Shown piece by piece: positions 26,706 to 38,190 of a DNA stretch of 47,173 nucleotides (its first letter is position 1; each line of letters starts with the position of its first letter). The position numbers and the translations under genes are program-made. The notes under the pieces are model-generated. The model was not told the DNA's origin and made no database searches. It saw only the letters and a list, made by a program, of their open reading frames with translations. Origin of the DNA: Octopus bimaculoides (lineage: Eukaryota); assembly GCF_001194135.2 (NCBI RefSeq), contig NC_068995.1:29791480-29838652 (forward strand), in the 5' to 3' direction.

Positions 26706-27119
26706 ATTATTTTTCTTGATTTAATATGCTCAAATCAATTATTTTCAATTTTAAAACATATGAAATCAATTATCTGGATGAATAGTTAGAAAATGGACAC
26801 ATTTTTAACTAACATAATTACTACTACCTAAATGGAAGAATTCAACTTAATGTATCTATTTGTTTGTTTTGTTATTGTTACTTCATTATTATAATAAATG
26901 GAAAACAATTCTCTTGCTACAATTAATCTAACTGAAAATTCTCACCACTGTATTGTATAGTTAGCATTATGAAGACTATATGGTTGAAAAACATTTCCAT
27001 AATCTACAAAAATACCTATGCTTTCATGTGAAAATGTACTGAACAAGTAAAGTTTGTAGATGATAGAAATTGAAAAATATAGTATATATTTATACTATAT
27101 ACAGTATATAATCCAATGA

Positions 27120-27315
27120 AAGAGTCCCTGTGCAGTCGTTTGACATACTAGAAATAGCAGTGAAATCTCTCAAGTTACACCCTAAAGTCTTGTGAATGGA
27201 AAAGAAGCATCCATCCCACATACTTCTAAAAAGACATGATTATTGTGGCTGAAATGCCTTTGATTAAGGGCCTGCTCAGTAAGGTTGAGCTGGAACTACA
27301 GAACTACAACAACTC
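27120..27315 (+). repeat. Interspersed repeat family D (SINE-like); other diverged copies near 30850-30920(-), 36010-36075(-), 38340-38485(+), 39605-39720(+), 44765-44915(-)
   Basis: Shared ctagaaatagcag..aaatct, cattggataatgtagtc and ctttgat..ctgctc..(AAC)n segments, aligned by eye. Confidence 0.55.
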
Positions 27316-27374
27316 AGCAGCATGACTGAAAAGTATTCCGCTCATCAACAGCTTGTGCCTTGTTAGAACACATT

Positions 27375-27545
27375 ATGCGGATCTTTTCCCTTTGAATGGC
27401 ACATCGAGAAATTAATTTTTTGTAACTAAACACTTTCAAATTTGGACACTGGTAGAATGTGTCATATAAAACATCTTTTACTCTTAGTGCTGTTGAGAAA
27501 AGTTTATATTTTCAAAGTTATTTCATGTTAAAGTTGTCGTATTCA
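27375..27545 (+). mobile_element. Diverged solo TIR related to the 30921-32064 element
   Basis: gcggatct...aactaaacactttcaaatt...aagttatttcatgttaaagttgtc aligns by eye to the 30921 TIR. Confidence 0.55.
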
Positions 27546-27819
27546 AAGGGTAAAGATCCCATTATGCAATTTATGATATTTATTAATGATGTTTATTTAT
27601 TTAAAAATGTATCATAAATAAAAAATGACAGTTAAATAGAAAACATTATAATTAAAACTCTCACATCTGCCTGCGGACTGTTCATGATTTATGATTTGTT
27701 TGTTAAGGAGTATAGTAAATTAAAGTGACTCTTGGATGTTCTGGATGTTTATTTTATGAACTCATAACCATAGTTGCATTTAAACTCAACACAAGGTAAA
27801 AAGCAATAAACTTAGTTTG

Positions 27820-27965
27820 GGGCACTTATACCTTTCAGTATTTAATTCCAGCCCATTACATTCTGAGTTCAAATTCTGCCAAGGCCAACTTTACCTTGTA
27901 TTCTTGCAGTGTCACTATAATAAAGTACTAGTCAAGTACTGGGGTTAATTAATTTAATTGACTGA
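27820..27965 (+). mobile_element. Family B SINE, diverged
   Basis: ctgagttcaaattctgccaagg..ataaagtactagtcaagtactgggg. Confidence 0.6.
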
Positions 27966-28235
27966 TACTGGTGTTTTCCAGGCTTTTCCAAGCAGGAGAC
28001 TCTAGCTGAGAATCTTGAATAAATTTTTCTAGTGCTATTTGTGTTTTAAGGGTGAGCAGCAAATGAAAGTATTATTAACTTTAAAAGGTACAATGATGGA
28101 GCAACTACTACAAAAATCATATAATTAAGTGGGTATGTGAATATGAAGATTATTCTCTTAATTATCCTGATGGCTCTTTCTAGCCTATATCTAAACATGT
28201 AAATGTTTAAAAGATCCATTTTACTTTATTTGAAA

Positions 28236-29000
28236 CTAACTGAATTACCCAACATTGCCCAGGTTACTGTTGTTCTTAATCAGATTAATAAACAATAAAT
28301 ATGAAGATATATCTTTTTTCTCATAATTATTTCAAAATATCCAATTTGTAATGATAACAGAATTTAGAAATGAAAATCTGTCAATCTTGAAGCACATCAG
28401 GGTAAACAATATTCATTGTGTAATTTTTTATTGGTATCCAAATGAATAAATTGTTGCTGCTTCCAAATCATGAGCAACCAATATAGAGTTGGCTGTGAGA
28501 AAAGCATGTAGTAGAGAGATGAAGTCTAACTACCTTGAGGGATTGTCCCTGAGATTTGTTAATTGAAATACCAAGACTTAGTTTGACGGGAAACTGAAGC
28601 CTCTTAAATTAAAATGGAACATGTCGGTATGAGAGGAAATTTTGTAATAAAGACATTTTCTTTTTTGTGACTACCTGTTATGACTGTTGCCTGTAGGACA
28701 AGGGGCTTCATGGAAGTAACAATTAAGCAAGTTTCATTACACAGGTGAGGTGGGTCAAGATTCCTAAGCAACATAATGAAAACATCTAGCTTTAATGTTA
28801 TACGGTGGCATCCCAGTAGGTTTAAGTGTGTTCAGAAATTCAACGGGATATTGAACAGCCTGATCTTGATTGATTGTGAATCGATGGAAAAGTCATTTTT
28901 GATGTACCTGTTAACTTTTGAAGTTCATGACTGAGTTTATCAACCATTTCATTAGTTGGAGCCAGTATAGCTCTTTCACATAGCCTGTTTACATCAGTGT
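28236..29000 (-). mobile_element. Helitron 3' end: PIF1-like helicase C-terminus, subterminal hairpin and CTRR-like end
   Basis: LCERAILAPTNEMVD, YPVEFLNTLKPTGMPP, MLLRNLDPPHLCN, KRLQFPVKL, SINKSQGQSL, FSHSQLY, NIVYPDVL. Terminus acctgggcaatgttgggt-aattcag-ttag|t is a transition-decayed hairpin plus CTAG. Confidence 0.88.
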
Positions 29001-29091
29001 GATTGATAATAGCACATACAGTAATATACACATATGCTCTCACACACACTGATATACATATACTAACACAGACATAGATTTATGTAATGAA

Positions 29092-29600
29092 TGCACAAAC
29101 ACACACACAGTCACAGACACATACACACTCATATACAAAATGTGCCACTGTGGTAGTGGTGGCAGTATAAAATGTCCTTTACTACATGGTATGTGACAAA
29201 TGCACAAACACACACACACTCACAGATACATATACACTCATATACAAAATGTGTCGTTAAGGTAGTATAAAATGTCCTTTACTATGTCATATGTAACAAA
29301 TGTGTAAACACACACACACACTGACAGACACATGCACATTCATATACAAAATGTGTCATTATCATTGTTGTGATATAAAATGTCCTTTACTATGTTGTAC
29401 GAAATGAATGTGCAAACACTCACACACTGACAGACATACACATTCATAGACAAAATGTGTCATCATTGTGGTATAAAACGTCCTTTACCATGTTGTACAT
29501 AAAGAACACACAAACACACACACACACTGACAGACACATACACACTCATATACAAAATGTGACATCATCGTCATTGTCATATCAAATGTCCTTTACTATA
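29092..29600. repeat. Minisatellite, 5 copies of a ~96-109 bp unit with internal (CA)n
   Basis: Units start near 29092, 29201, 29301, 29409 and 29505. Each has acagac-cactcatatacaaaatgtg ... tataaaatgtcctttact. Confidence 0.9.
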
Positions 29601-29786
29601 GTTGACAATAGAAAGATTATTTTCAAGAAAATGTTATATTATTTTAATCCAAATGAAAACAAAAAATTACATGTTGACACTCGTGGGTTGTAATACTATT
29701 ACCTTGTAAAATTTTATTTTATTTGATGGAGCTGTTTGAGAATACATAGGGAGCAGACAAGCAGACAGACAGAGTGACAAAGAAGT

Positions 29787-29935
29787 TTTGGTGTTAGGAA
29801 GGGCATCCAGCTGTAGAAACCTTACCAGATCAAATTGGAATCTGGTGAAGTCTTCTGGCTTGCCAGTCCTCAGACAAACCGTCCAACCCATGCCAGCATG
29901 GAAAGCGGATGTTAAATGATGATGATGATGATGAT
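29787..29935 (+). mobile_element. RTE tail copy (family A)
   Basis: ttaggaagggcatccagctgtagaaac ... ccagcatggaaagcggatgttaaat(GAT)n. Confidence 0.85.
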
Positions 29936-30414
29936 AGAGGGCCTTATTTTACCTTGGTCCCACACTCATGTCAAGACAAATCTTAAGTCTCCATCAAGCC
30001 TTCATCTTCATCAAGCCTTAAGTCTCCATCAAGCCTAAAAATAATCTTATTTTATACCAAAATAAAATGATTTTGCAAGAGGTGTCAACCACCTCAATGT
30101 AATATAATTTCAAATGTACATTGTACAGTTTCCTCCAACAATATGAACCTCCTATTGCTCAAGATAATCAAGGTTATTTTAGGAGAACAGTTATACGGAA
30201 AACTTATTCAATGAATATTCGTAGCCACTTCAACATCTCTTAGAGAGTTTTTAGAACTAACATTTTTGCTTATTTAATGAAGTTACATGAAATGTATGAA
30301 TTACTAACAAGGTGACACATTTGTTGGGTTACTACATTGTGCAACTACACACATGTTAAAGCCATGAATTTCAAGAGCTATTTCTGAAATTTTTCTGTAT
30401 ACATCTATCTGGAA

Positions 30415-30669
30415 CAGTGATTCTCAACTCAGGTCCATATGACTTTTTGGGTGGGGGTCCATAGAAGATTTTGCTGTTAAAGTTTATGGGCAACAAATTG
30501 CTTATACTTCTACAATGCACAAAACATTAGAAAAAGTTTTTAATACACTTCTTAATTATATTTAATTAGAAAATATAAAAGGATCATTTTTTTTTTTTAG
30601 CATGGGGGTCCAGTAGAGTAAAATAGGAATCAAAAGGGTTCATAGGGAGAAAATGGTTGAGAATCACTG
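30415..30669. mobile_element. hAT (Charlie-like) MITE, 255 bp
   Basis: TIRs cagtgattctcaac / gttgagaatcactg with TSD atctggaa / atctagaa (7 of 8 identical, NTCTAGAN-like). Confidence 0.88.
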
Positions 30670-30920
30670 ATCTAGAATGTTTATTCATATTCATTCCTTC
30701 ATTTCATTATTTGGGTTATTGATAAAGTGTATGTTTAATTGAGGAGAAGAAGAGAGTTTTGGTGGGAAATGGAACAAGGATTTGAATTAATTTGTAACAG
30801 AATTTACTGCCACCAGTCATTGTTTGTGTTACCAGCCTCTAAGTGGTGCTATTGTTTTTTTGTTTCTTTAACTCCAGCTCTGATCAAGTAGACCTGTAAT
30901 CAAAGACCTTTTGGCCATGA

Positions 30921-32064
30921 CAGATCTGATCAGTTTGGCTCACAGATTTTTTGATTAATGTTTTTTAACTAAACAGTTTGAAATTTCATATACTGGTGGA
31001 AAGTCTCATGCAGAACACAGTTCACTTTAAACGTTTTTAACAAAATTTGATATTTTAGAAGTTATTTCATATTAAAGTTGTCATATTTGGGTAATTTCAA
31101 CCAATCAACGATGTGTATTCAGTTGAAGAAAGCTACTGCTCTTTGTGATAGTAATTGAAAAGAAGCAACTTCTGGGTCATTTCTACTAAATATCACTACT
31201 CTGTTCTATTTTATTTATTGTTCATTGCCTGTGTTGCATATTACACGCTTTTTTCTTTCTTTTTTTTTTTTGGTTCTCTTGTCTGAGTAACCACTAAACA
31301 TTGAAGAATCAACACCAAGAAGGAAGAAATATTATTTACATATATTTATTTGTTTGCCCAACATCAGTGTTTTATCCACACATAAAGTGCACCAGTGTTT
31401 AAAAGACCTATAGAGCTATGAGTCCACAGCTAGCTTTTTGTTGTTGATATATATGTAGTTTCAAAATGCCTTATTTTACAACTATGAGATGTATTGTTAT
31501 TGTCATGATTTTATCTTACTATAGTCAACAACAAACACATTTCGTCAATATAAAAGTCTTTATTAGATAAAAAATAACATTGTCAAAACATGAAGGTAAA
31601 ACAAAACAAATAGCAACTTATACACTGGAAAATACAGTAATTGTAGTGACAGTGACAAGTTCGCTCGCTGGTTGCTAGTTAATAGTGTAGAAGGGAGGGA
31701 AAGAGTAAGGAATGCACGGTGCTGACAAGAAAAGAAGAAAGGATAAAGGTGGCATCATCTTTGCTCGATATATGAATAGAACAGTGTGGTGACATTTAGT
31801 AGAGGTGACCCGGAAGTTGTTCCTCTTCAATTACTTTCACAAACAGCAGTAGCTTTCTTCAACCGAATACATGTCATTGATTGGTTGAAATTACCCAAAT
31901 ACAACAACTTTAACATGAAATAACTTCTAAAATACCAAATTCTGTCAAAAATGTTCAAAGTAAACTGTGTTCTGCATGAGACATTCCACCAGTATACGAA
32001 GTTTCAAACTGTTTAATTAAAAAAAATTAATTAAAAAATCTGTGAGCCAAACTGAACAGATCCG
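30921..32064. mobile_element. Non-autonomous DNA transposon with ~290-bp TIRs
   Basis: 30921-~31210 is the reverse complement of ~31775-32064 with moderate divergence. Direct repeat ccatga on both flanks. Confidence 0.85.
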
Positions 32065-32089
32065 CCATGATTATCTCCCCCTCCTCATC

Positions 32090-32400
32090 CTCATCATCAT
32101 CAAATGTTCGCCTTCTAAGCTGGCATGAATTGGGTGGTTTGACAGGTGCCAGCTTGTCAGAAAACTGTATCAAGCTTTACTGTCTGCTTTGGCATTATTT
32201 CTATAGCTAGATGTCATTCCTAATGCTAACCACTTTACTGAGCATATTGGGTGTTTTTTATTTGGCTCCAGCTGCAGTGAGGTCTCCAAGTAACTTGCAA
32301 GACAAGAGCCCTCAACTGAGAAGAGGAGTAGAATTGAGGGAGTTGGCTCTGTGGCAGCTGATGAGAGATTAGAATATGAATAGCAGGACAGAAATAGGAG
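32090..32400 (-). mobile_element. Older RTE-tail-like copy
   Basis: Diverged (CAT)n..ctggcatg..tttctatagctagatgtcattcctaatgctaaccact. Confidence 0.6.
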
Positions 32401-32428
32401 ATATATGGCAACCTTAGTTAGTTGGAGG

Positions 32429-32429
<1 letters not shown>

Positions 32430-32467
<38 letters not shown>

Positions 32468-32600
32468 GATAGGGAGAGAGAGAGAGGAAAGAGAGAGAGA
32501 GAGAGAAGTAGACAAAGACAGGTATGGGGATGGAGAGAGGGGAAAGGGAGGAAGTGAAAAAGAGAGAGGGATGGAGAGGAAGAGAGGGAGAGAGTGAAAG
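32430..32600. repeat. (GA)n and purine-rich low complexity
   Basis: Direct reading. Confidence 0.9.
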
Positions 32601-33105
32601 AAGATGGTGGAGATGTGACAGGATGGTACATTTTTTTCTTTTATTAAAATGATAGAAAATGATATGCAGCTGATTTTACCACTTTTTGTAATTGAGAGAA
32701 TGACTACAAGCTTACAACTATAGTGTCATTGTAAATAGTTAGCAGATGAGGTGTACAGAAGCTTATTTTAGATATCCCTGTGTCAAATGATTAGATTACT
32801 TCTTCTTTGAATAAGAATGGCAGTCTGTTGCAATCTTTTACCAACAGGAGGTCTGTCTGCAGCAGTGTCCTGCAATTCTATACGTCAACTATTTGTATAT
32901 TAGTGAAATGAGTTGTTGTGAATTAAGAACCTCTCTCAAGAAGACAAATACACTGTCTCATTAATAAATATGTATCAATGTAACACCATAATGCATTCAG
33001 TGGATAGTGTAACTTCATAAGGACAATCTCATCAACGTTCAGGTAGATTGCTTCAAAAAAAAAAAAATGAAAAAAGAAAAAGAAAAGAAAAATTATCAAA
33101 ACAAT

Positions 33106-33280
33106 GCACCCACTACACTCTCTGAGTGGTTGGCATTAGGAAGGGCATCCAGCTGTAAAAACTCTGCCAAATCAGATTGGAGCCTGATGTAGCCATCTGG
33201 TTTCACCAGTCCTCAGTCAAATCGTCCAACCCATGCTAGCATGGAAAGCGGACGTTAAACGATGATGATGATGATGATGA
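33106..33280 (+). mobile_element. RTE tail copy 55 nt upstream of the exon B acceptor
   Basis: Near-consensus copy ending gacgttaaac(GAT)n. Confidence 0.88.
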
Positions 33281-33335
33281 AATATAATTGCTTTCTTTAC
33301 ATCAATACTTCAATTTTTTTTCTTTTTGTTTATAG

Positions 33336-33474
33336 GTACAAACATATTTTAATCGTGCAGAGGAGTTGAAGCAAACTTTAAAACCCAAATCATCACCTAA
33401 TCAGAAGACCCTCCAACGAAGTACCAGTTGCAGCGCTGCTGAGACCTCGTCACTAAAACCACTTGATGAACTAA
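33336..33474 (+). CDS. ULK3: ULK3-like exon B (end of MIT1 plus linker), 139 nt, phase 0 to 1
   Basis: ttttgtttatag| acceptor and CTAA|gtaaag donor. Translates VQTYFNRAEELKQTLKPKSSPNQKTLQRSTSCSAAETSSLKPLDEL; YxxRAEELK is the typical MIT helix-3 signature. Confidence 0.85.
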
Positions 33475-35029
33475 GTAAAGAGCAAAAATATTTTTAAGCA
33501 GTTTTGTAATTTGTTTGTTTATTGAAAAAATTTGCAATTTTCAAGATTAATATGAAATATAATCTTTTGGATGAGTGGTTTAAGCCCAACTCTTTAGAAG
33601 ATAATTAATAATTTTGATTGGGTATTTAAAGCGACTGTTACATTGATGTAGATATGAGAACAAGTGTGATGAATGAATGAATGAATGAAGTATTATCTTG
33701 AGCTGATTATCAACAATAGATGAGGTGAGATGGTTGTTAAAGTTGGTTTTGAAATTGATCTTCACAGATGGCACGGAAGATTTATCCATCTGATGAATCA
33801 ATAATGTTGATTTTGTTGTTGATATTGTGATTAAGTAATCAAATAAATATACAGTAAATTCACCACATTAAAGTAACTGATTTAAGAATTGGAATAAGCA
33901 GCAAAAGAGGAGACACATGGGATAGAGAGTTATTGAAGAGGTCACAAGATGTGTGATGAAAGAACTTTGACAAAGAAACTAAAATAATAATATTAAAGCT
34001 GAAGTGAAGACTGAATATATAATGTGTGTGGTTAATTGGCAAAATATGACCATCCCCAAGTATAATAATAACTGTTTTAACACACAATGTCACATCAGTC
34101 TTGCAAAACATACATAAACAATTTCAGAATCGTTTCATCAGAATTTTTGCTGTCAACACACCATGTTTATTTTTTGGTTCATTCTCTTAAAATTTACAAA
34201 AGCTTTTGTAGGGCTATCAAATATATTACTAGAGAATAATCTTGATCATAATTTTGTTGAATCAGGGCTGACTTGTAACTATTTATTTCTGCTTGGTTAT
34301 TTTTGTATTACTAATATTGAGGTTATAGAAATTTATGCGATCATTGAACTTTGGTATATCACTGTACTGGACTTTCAACTGTTGCTATAGATATATGAAT
34401 TGTATACTGAAATAATTCAACAACTTGCCTTTGTAATTCTTTCATTAACTTACTTTTGCTTTTGTAATTTATTGTTTCATTAAATGGGCTGTGAGTCAGC
34501 TTTGATACCTATGCTGTAATTGGTAGACTGGTTTTATTGATTCCATTTATAAGTACAACTCTAGTGTTATTAGTAATGATGATTTATTTGGCCATCATTT
34601 TAAATTAAGTACTGGTCGAGTACTGAGGGTGGTTTATTTGATTGATACTAGTGTCTTTCAGCTTCAAGCAAAAGACTACAACTGAGAATCCCGAATCAGT
34701 CATCTCAGTGCTGATTTCACTCTAAGGGCAGCTGAGAATCCCACCAGTCACTACTCCAGCAAGGAGCAACAATTTTAGATATTATTAGATTTGAAAGACT
34801 TATTGATGAAACAATGCCACGCTGATCTTATAAGGAGATACATACTGTGTCTGCCTTTGTGCCTGACACAAGTTGGCAAAAAAAGATATAGAAGGTTTTA
34901 AAAATAGTATGGAGTCTGTTGAGGGCAGATTTGGCCACAACATAGAGGAGATCAACTGACCAAGTAAAACCATTCTCATTAGCTCATCCAACCGTATTTA
35001 TGGTAGTAATAGTAATTATTAAATAAATT

Positions 35030-35050
35030 CTACTACTACTACTACTACTA

Positions 35051-35116
<66 letters not shown>
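35030..35116. repeat. (CTA)n-(CT)n compound microsatellite just upstream of the exon C acceptor
   Basis: Direct reading. Confidence 0.95.
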
Positions 35117-35148
35117 AAATTACATAACCAACACTTTTTCTTTTTCAG

Positions 35149-35216
35149 TGATCCTTTGCACCAATGACAAAGACCTTTTAAATTCAATACAGCAACTTAA
35201 ACTAGCTGACAATGAG
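35149..35216 (+). CDS. ULK3: ULK3-like exon C (start of MIT2), 68 nt, phase 1 to 0
   Basis: tttttctttttcag| acceptor and GAG|gtgagt donor. In frame with exon B, giving (A|TG) M-ILCTNDKDLLNSIQQLKLADNE. Confidence 0.8.
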
Positions 35217-36450
35217 GTGAGTTCCTTGTTTGATTGCATCATATGTTAAGTATTAATTACATTTCGTCCTAATCATATATGACATCCCATCTTGACAATA
35301 TATTATGTCATATCGATTGTGATACAATATAGTTCTCAGCAATAAAATCTGCTCCTCAGTTTCTGTTCCCACATTGAACCACTTCATTTTATTTATAAAT
35401 AATCTTGGATAAGGCATGAACTCTATAACATCTTTTTGTCTTCTGTCCAAAACATCTCAGATTTAAGACAGTTATATATTGCATCATACCATAGTTACAT
35501 ATATTTTATAGTTGCTTAGTTACATATAACATTTTATATAGTTGTTATATATAATAATTTAATATTTTAGATCATCCATTCATCTTCTTCTACCTCCTCT
35601 TCATCACCATTTCTCATTTGGCATACATAGCAACAAAAAACCAAAAAACAACCAGTTCTATCATTGTGTGTTATTATTTTATATATAGTTTGGTTGATTA
35701 AGTGGAAGTTTATAATGTACTGATGCAGTAATTCTCATAGGAAGAGTGCCCCTTACTCTACCTAGAGGGCCACAGAGGATAAATTGCCATGTTTAATAAA
35801 ATTAGGGTGAATTTAAACTTTTAAAATTTGTCCAATACATTGACAAAGAAAGAAGAATTAAACGGAGGTGTTGTTATTCTGGAAGCTAGCAGGTAGGAGC
35901 AATTAAAAAAATTAAAATCTTAAAGAAATTCTTTTAAAATCCTAATTTTCATAGTTTTGTATATGTTGGAGTATATCATCTGTTGTGTGCATTTTATAAG
36001 ACATTGGAGGAACTTGAGGGAGATTTAGCTGTTATTTTTGGCATGTTGAATGACCTCATTGAAGCCTTCCTCCTTTGTGTTGTTTGATGATTGTTGTTTA
36101 GTATGCATCCACAAACATTAAAAAAAAGAGGCAAATTTAAAAACTTCCACAACATTGATGCTGAGTGTGTTCTGAAAGTTGAGAGGGGTATAATTGGAAA
36201 ATTGAAATTTTGAACAAAATATTTTCAGAATTGTAACTTCTCCATTTTAAAATGTGATTTCCTGGACCCCTACCCTGCCTAATTTTTTTCAAATACATGC
36301 TAAAAGCAAAAGAGTTGGAGAGGANNNNNNNNNNTTTAGAAATAAAAGAAAATTATGAATGGGATGACTAACTAACACATCTGACACATGTGTGTATATA
36401 TATGTGTGTGTGTGTGTGGGGGGGGGTATATATATAAATATGTACATGTA

Positions 36451-37640
36451 TCATCATCATTATCATCATCGTTTAACGTCTATTTTCCATGCTGGCATGG
36501 GTTGGATAATTTGACTGAGGTCTGGAGAGCCAGTGGCTGCACCAGGCTCCAATCTGATCTGACAATGTTTCTACAGCTGGATGCCCTTTCTAACGCCAAC
36601 CACTCCAAGAGTGTAGTGGGTGCTTTTTACGTCCCACTGGCACAGGAGCCAGTCAGGCAGGCCTGGCAGTGATCATGTTCGGATGGTGCTTTTTACATGC
36701 CACTGGCCTGGGATCCAGTCAGGGTACTGACATCAGCTACAATCAGCATGGGGGCCAGTCAGGCAGCACTGGCAACAACCATACTTGAATGGTGCTCTTT
36801 ACATGTCACCAGCATGGGTGCCAATCAGGCAGTACTGTCATCGGCCATGACAACTACTTCACTTGCCTCAACAGGTCTTCGCAAGCATAGTTTATTGCCC
36901 AATTATTGAAAGGTACTCATAAATGGGCTGGTTATGCTGCACTGGCATAGGCCACGGTTATGATCTCACTTGGCTTGCCAGGTCTTCTCAAGCACAACAT
37001 ATCTCCAAAGGTCTTGGTCACTTGTCATCGCCTTGGTGAGGCCCAGCGTTCATAGGTCGTGCTTCACCTCCTCATCCCAGGCCTACTTGGGTCTATCTCT
37101 TCCACAGGTTCCCTCTACTGCTAGGGCCTGACACTTTTTCACCCAGAGTTTCTTCCTATGCCTTTTTCTACAGATCGAGCAGGACCATCTACCTGAAGGG
37201 ATTTGTGGTTTGTCTGTCTTCCTACTTATTAAGACTGGTTTTTGCTAGGTTGACTCAAAGGCCCTTCAATTCTAAACCTTGCTTCCACACCTGAAACTTC
37301 TCTAGTTCTGAGAGTGACTCAGCTATTAGAGCAAGGTCATCAGCATAGAGAAGCTCCCAGGGCAGCCTGTCTTGAATTCTTCTGTTATTACCTGAAGGAC
37401 TATGATGAATAAGAGGGGTCTAAGGACTGATCCTTGGTGGATCCCTACTCCTACCCAGAATTCTTCACTGTACTCATTGCCAACCCGCACCTTACCGACA
37501 GCATCCCTGTACAGGGCTTGTACAGCTCTTACTGACCACTTATCTATCCCTAGTTTCAACATTGACCACCAGATAAGGGATCAGGGGACCATGTGAAAGG
37601 CTTTCTCCATGTCAACAAAAGCCAGGTACAGATGCAGTGA
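36451..37640 (-). mobile_element. RTE-clade LINE 3' part with internal deletion and complete 3'UTR
   Basis: AFVDMEKAF, KLGIDKWSVRAVQALY, GIHQGSVLRPLLF, DDLALIAES, then a jump to WVKKCQALAVEG..DRPK. The 3'UTR carries tandem units and the (CAT)n tail family. Confidence 0.88.
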
Positions 37641-37974
37641 GAGAGAAAGGATCATAGATGTGGAGGAGGTGGAGAGGGAGTAAATGACATTAGTCATGGG
37701 AAGAGATATACAAATAAGAAATTTGTTTTATTTAATTTAAGGTAATAAATATTCTTCCTATAAAAATTAGTATTCATTCCATCACTTTGTATAAGCACCA
37801 AGAAATGTGATAAAAGTTAGATTATAATTATTGTATGTACGCCATATTTCCTGATATTACCCATAGAGACAAAAGTATACTACCAATATTATCTGTCATA
37901 TGACGAGTCACATTCTAATGCATGTAAATATATTTTTGTATGTAAATATGAGTATGTATGCATGTGTGTGTGAA

Positions 37975-38190
37975 GATATGTTTTGTTTCTCCTTGTCCTG
38001 ACATTGCAGAATAGTTGTAAATGTGTGTCACTGTGTTGATTATTTCCAATAGTCTGCTAACACATGTCTGGCTATGGAGAAATATTACCTTGCCTGGAAA
38101 CAGGTGAGGGTTAGTGACAGGAAGACCAAAGAAAATCTGCCTCAATACACTCTGACCCATATAAGCATGGAAAAGTGGACATTAAAATGA
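37975..38190 (+). mobile_element. SINE-like 3' part with ggaaacaggtgagggtt..caggaag box and RTE-type tail (family E)
   Basis: Shares its 3' end with 1958-2090 and ends gcatggaaaagtggacattaaaatga. Confidence 0.65.

Noticed and set aside
30100-30260. Possible Tigger/pogo DDE fragment (PPxxTSxxQxxDQG-like)
   Set aside because: Requires several frameshifts; too weak without an HMM search.
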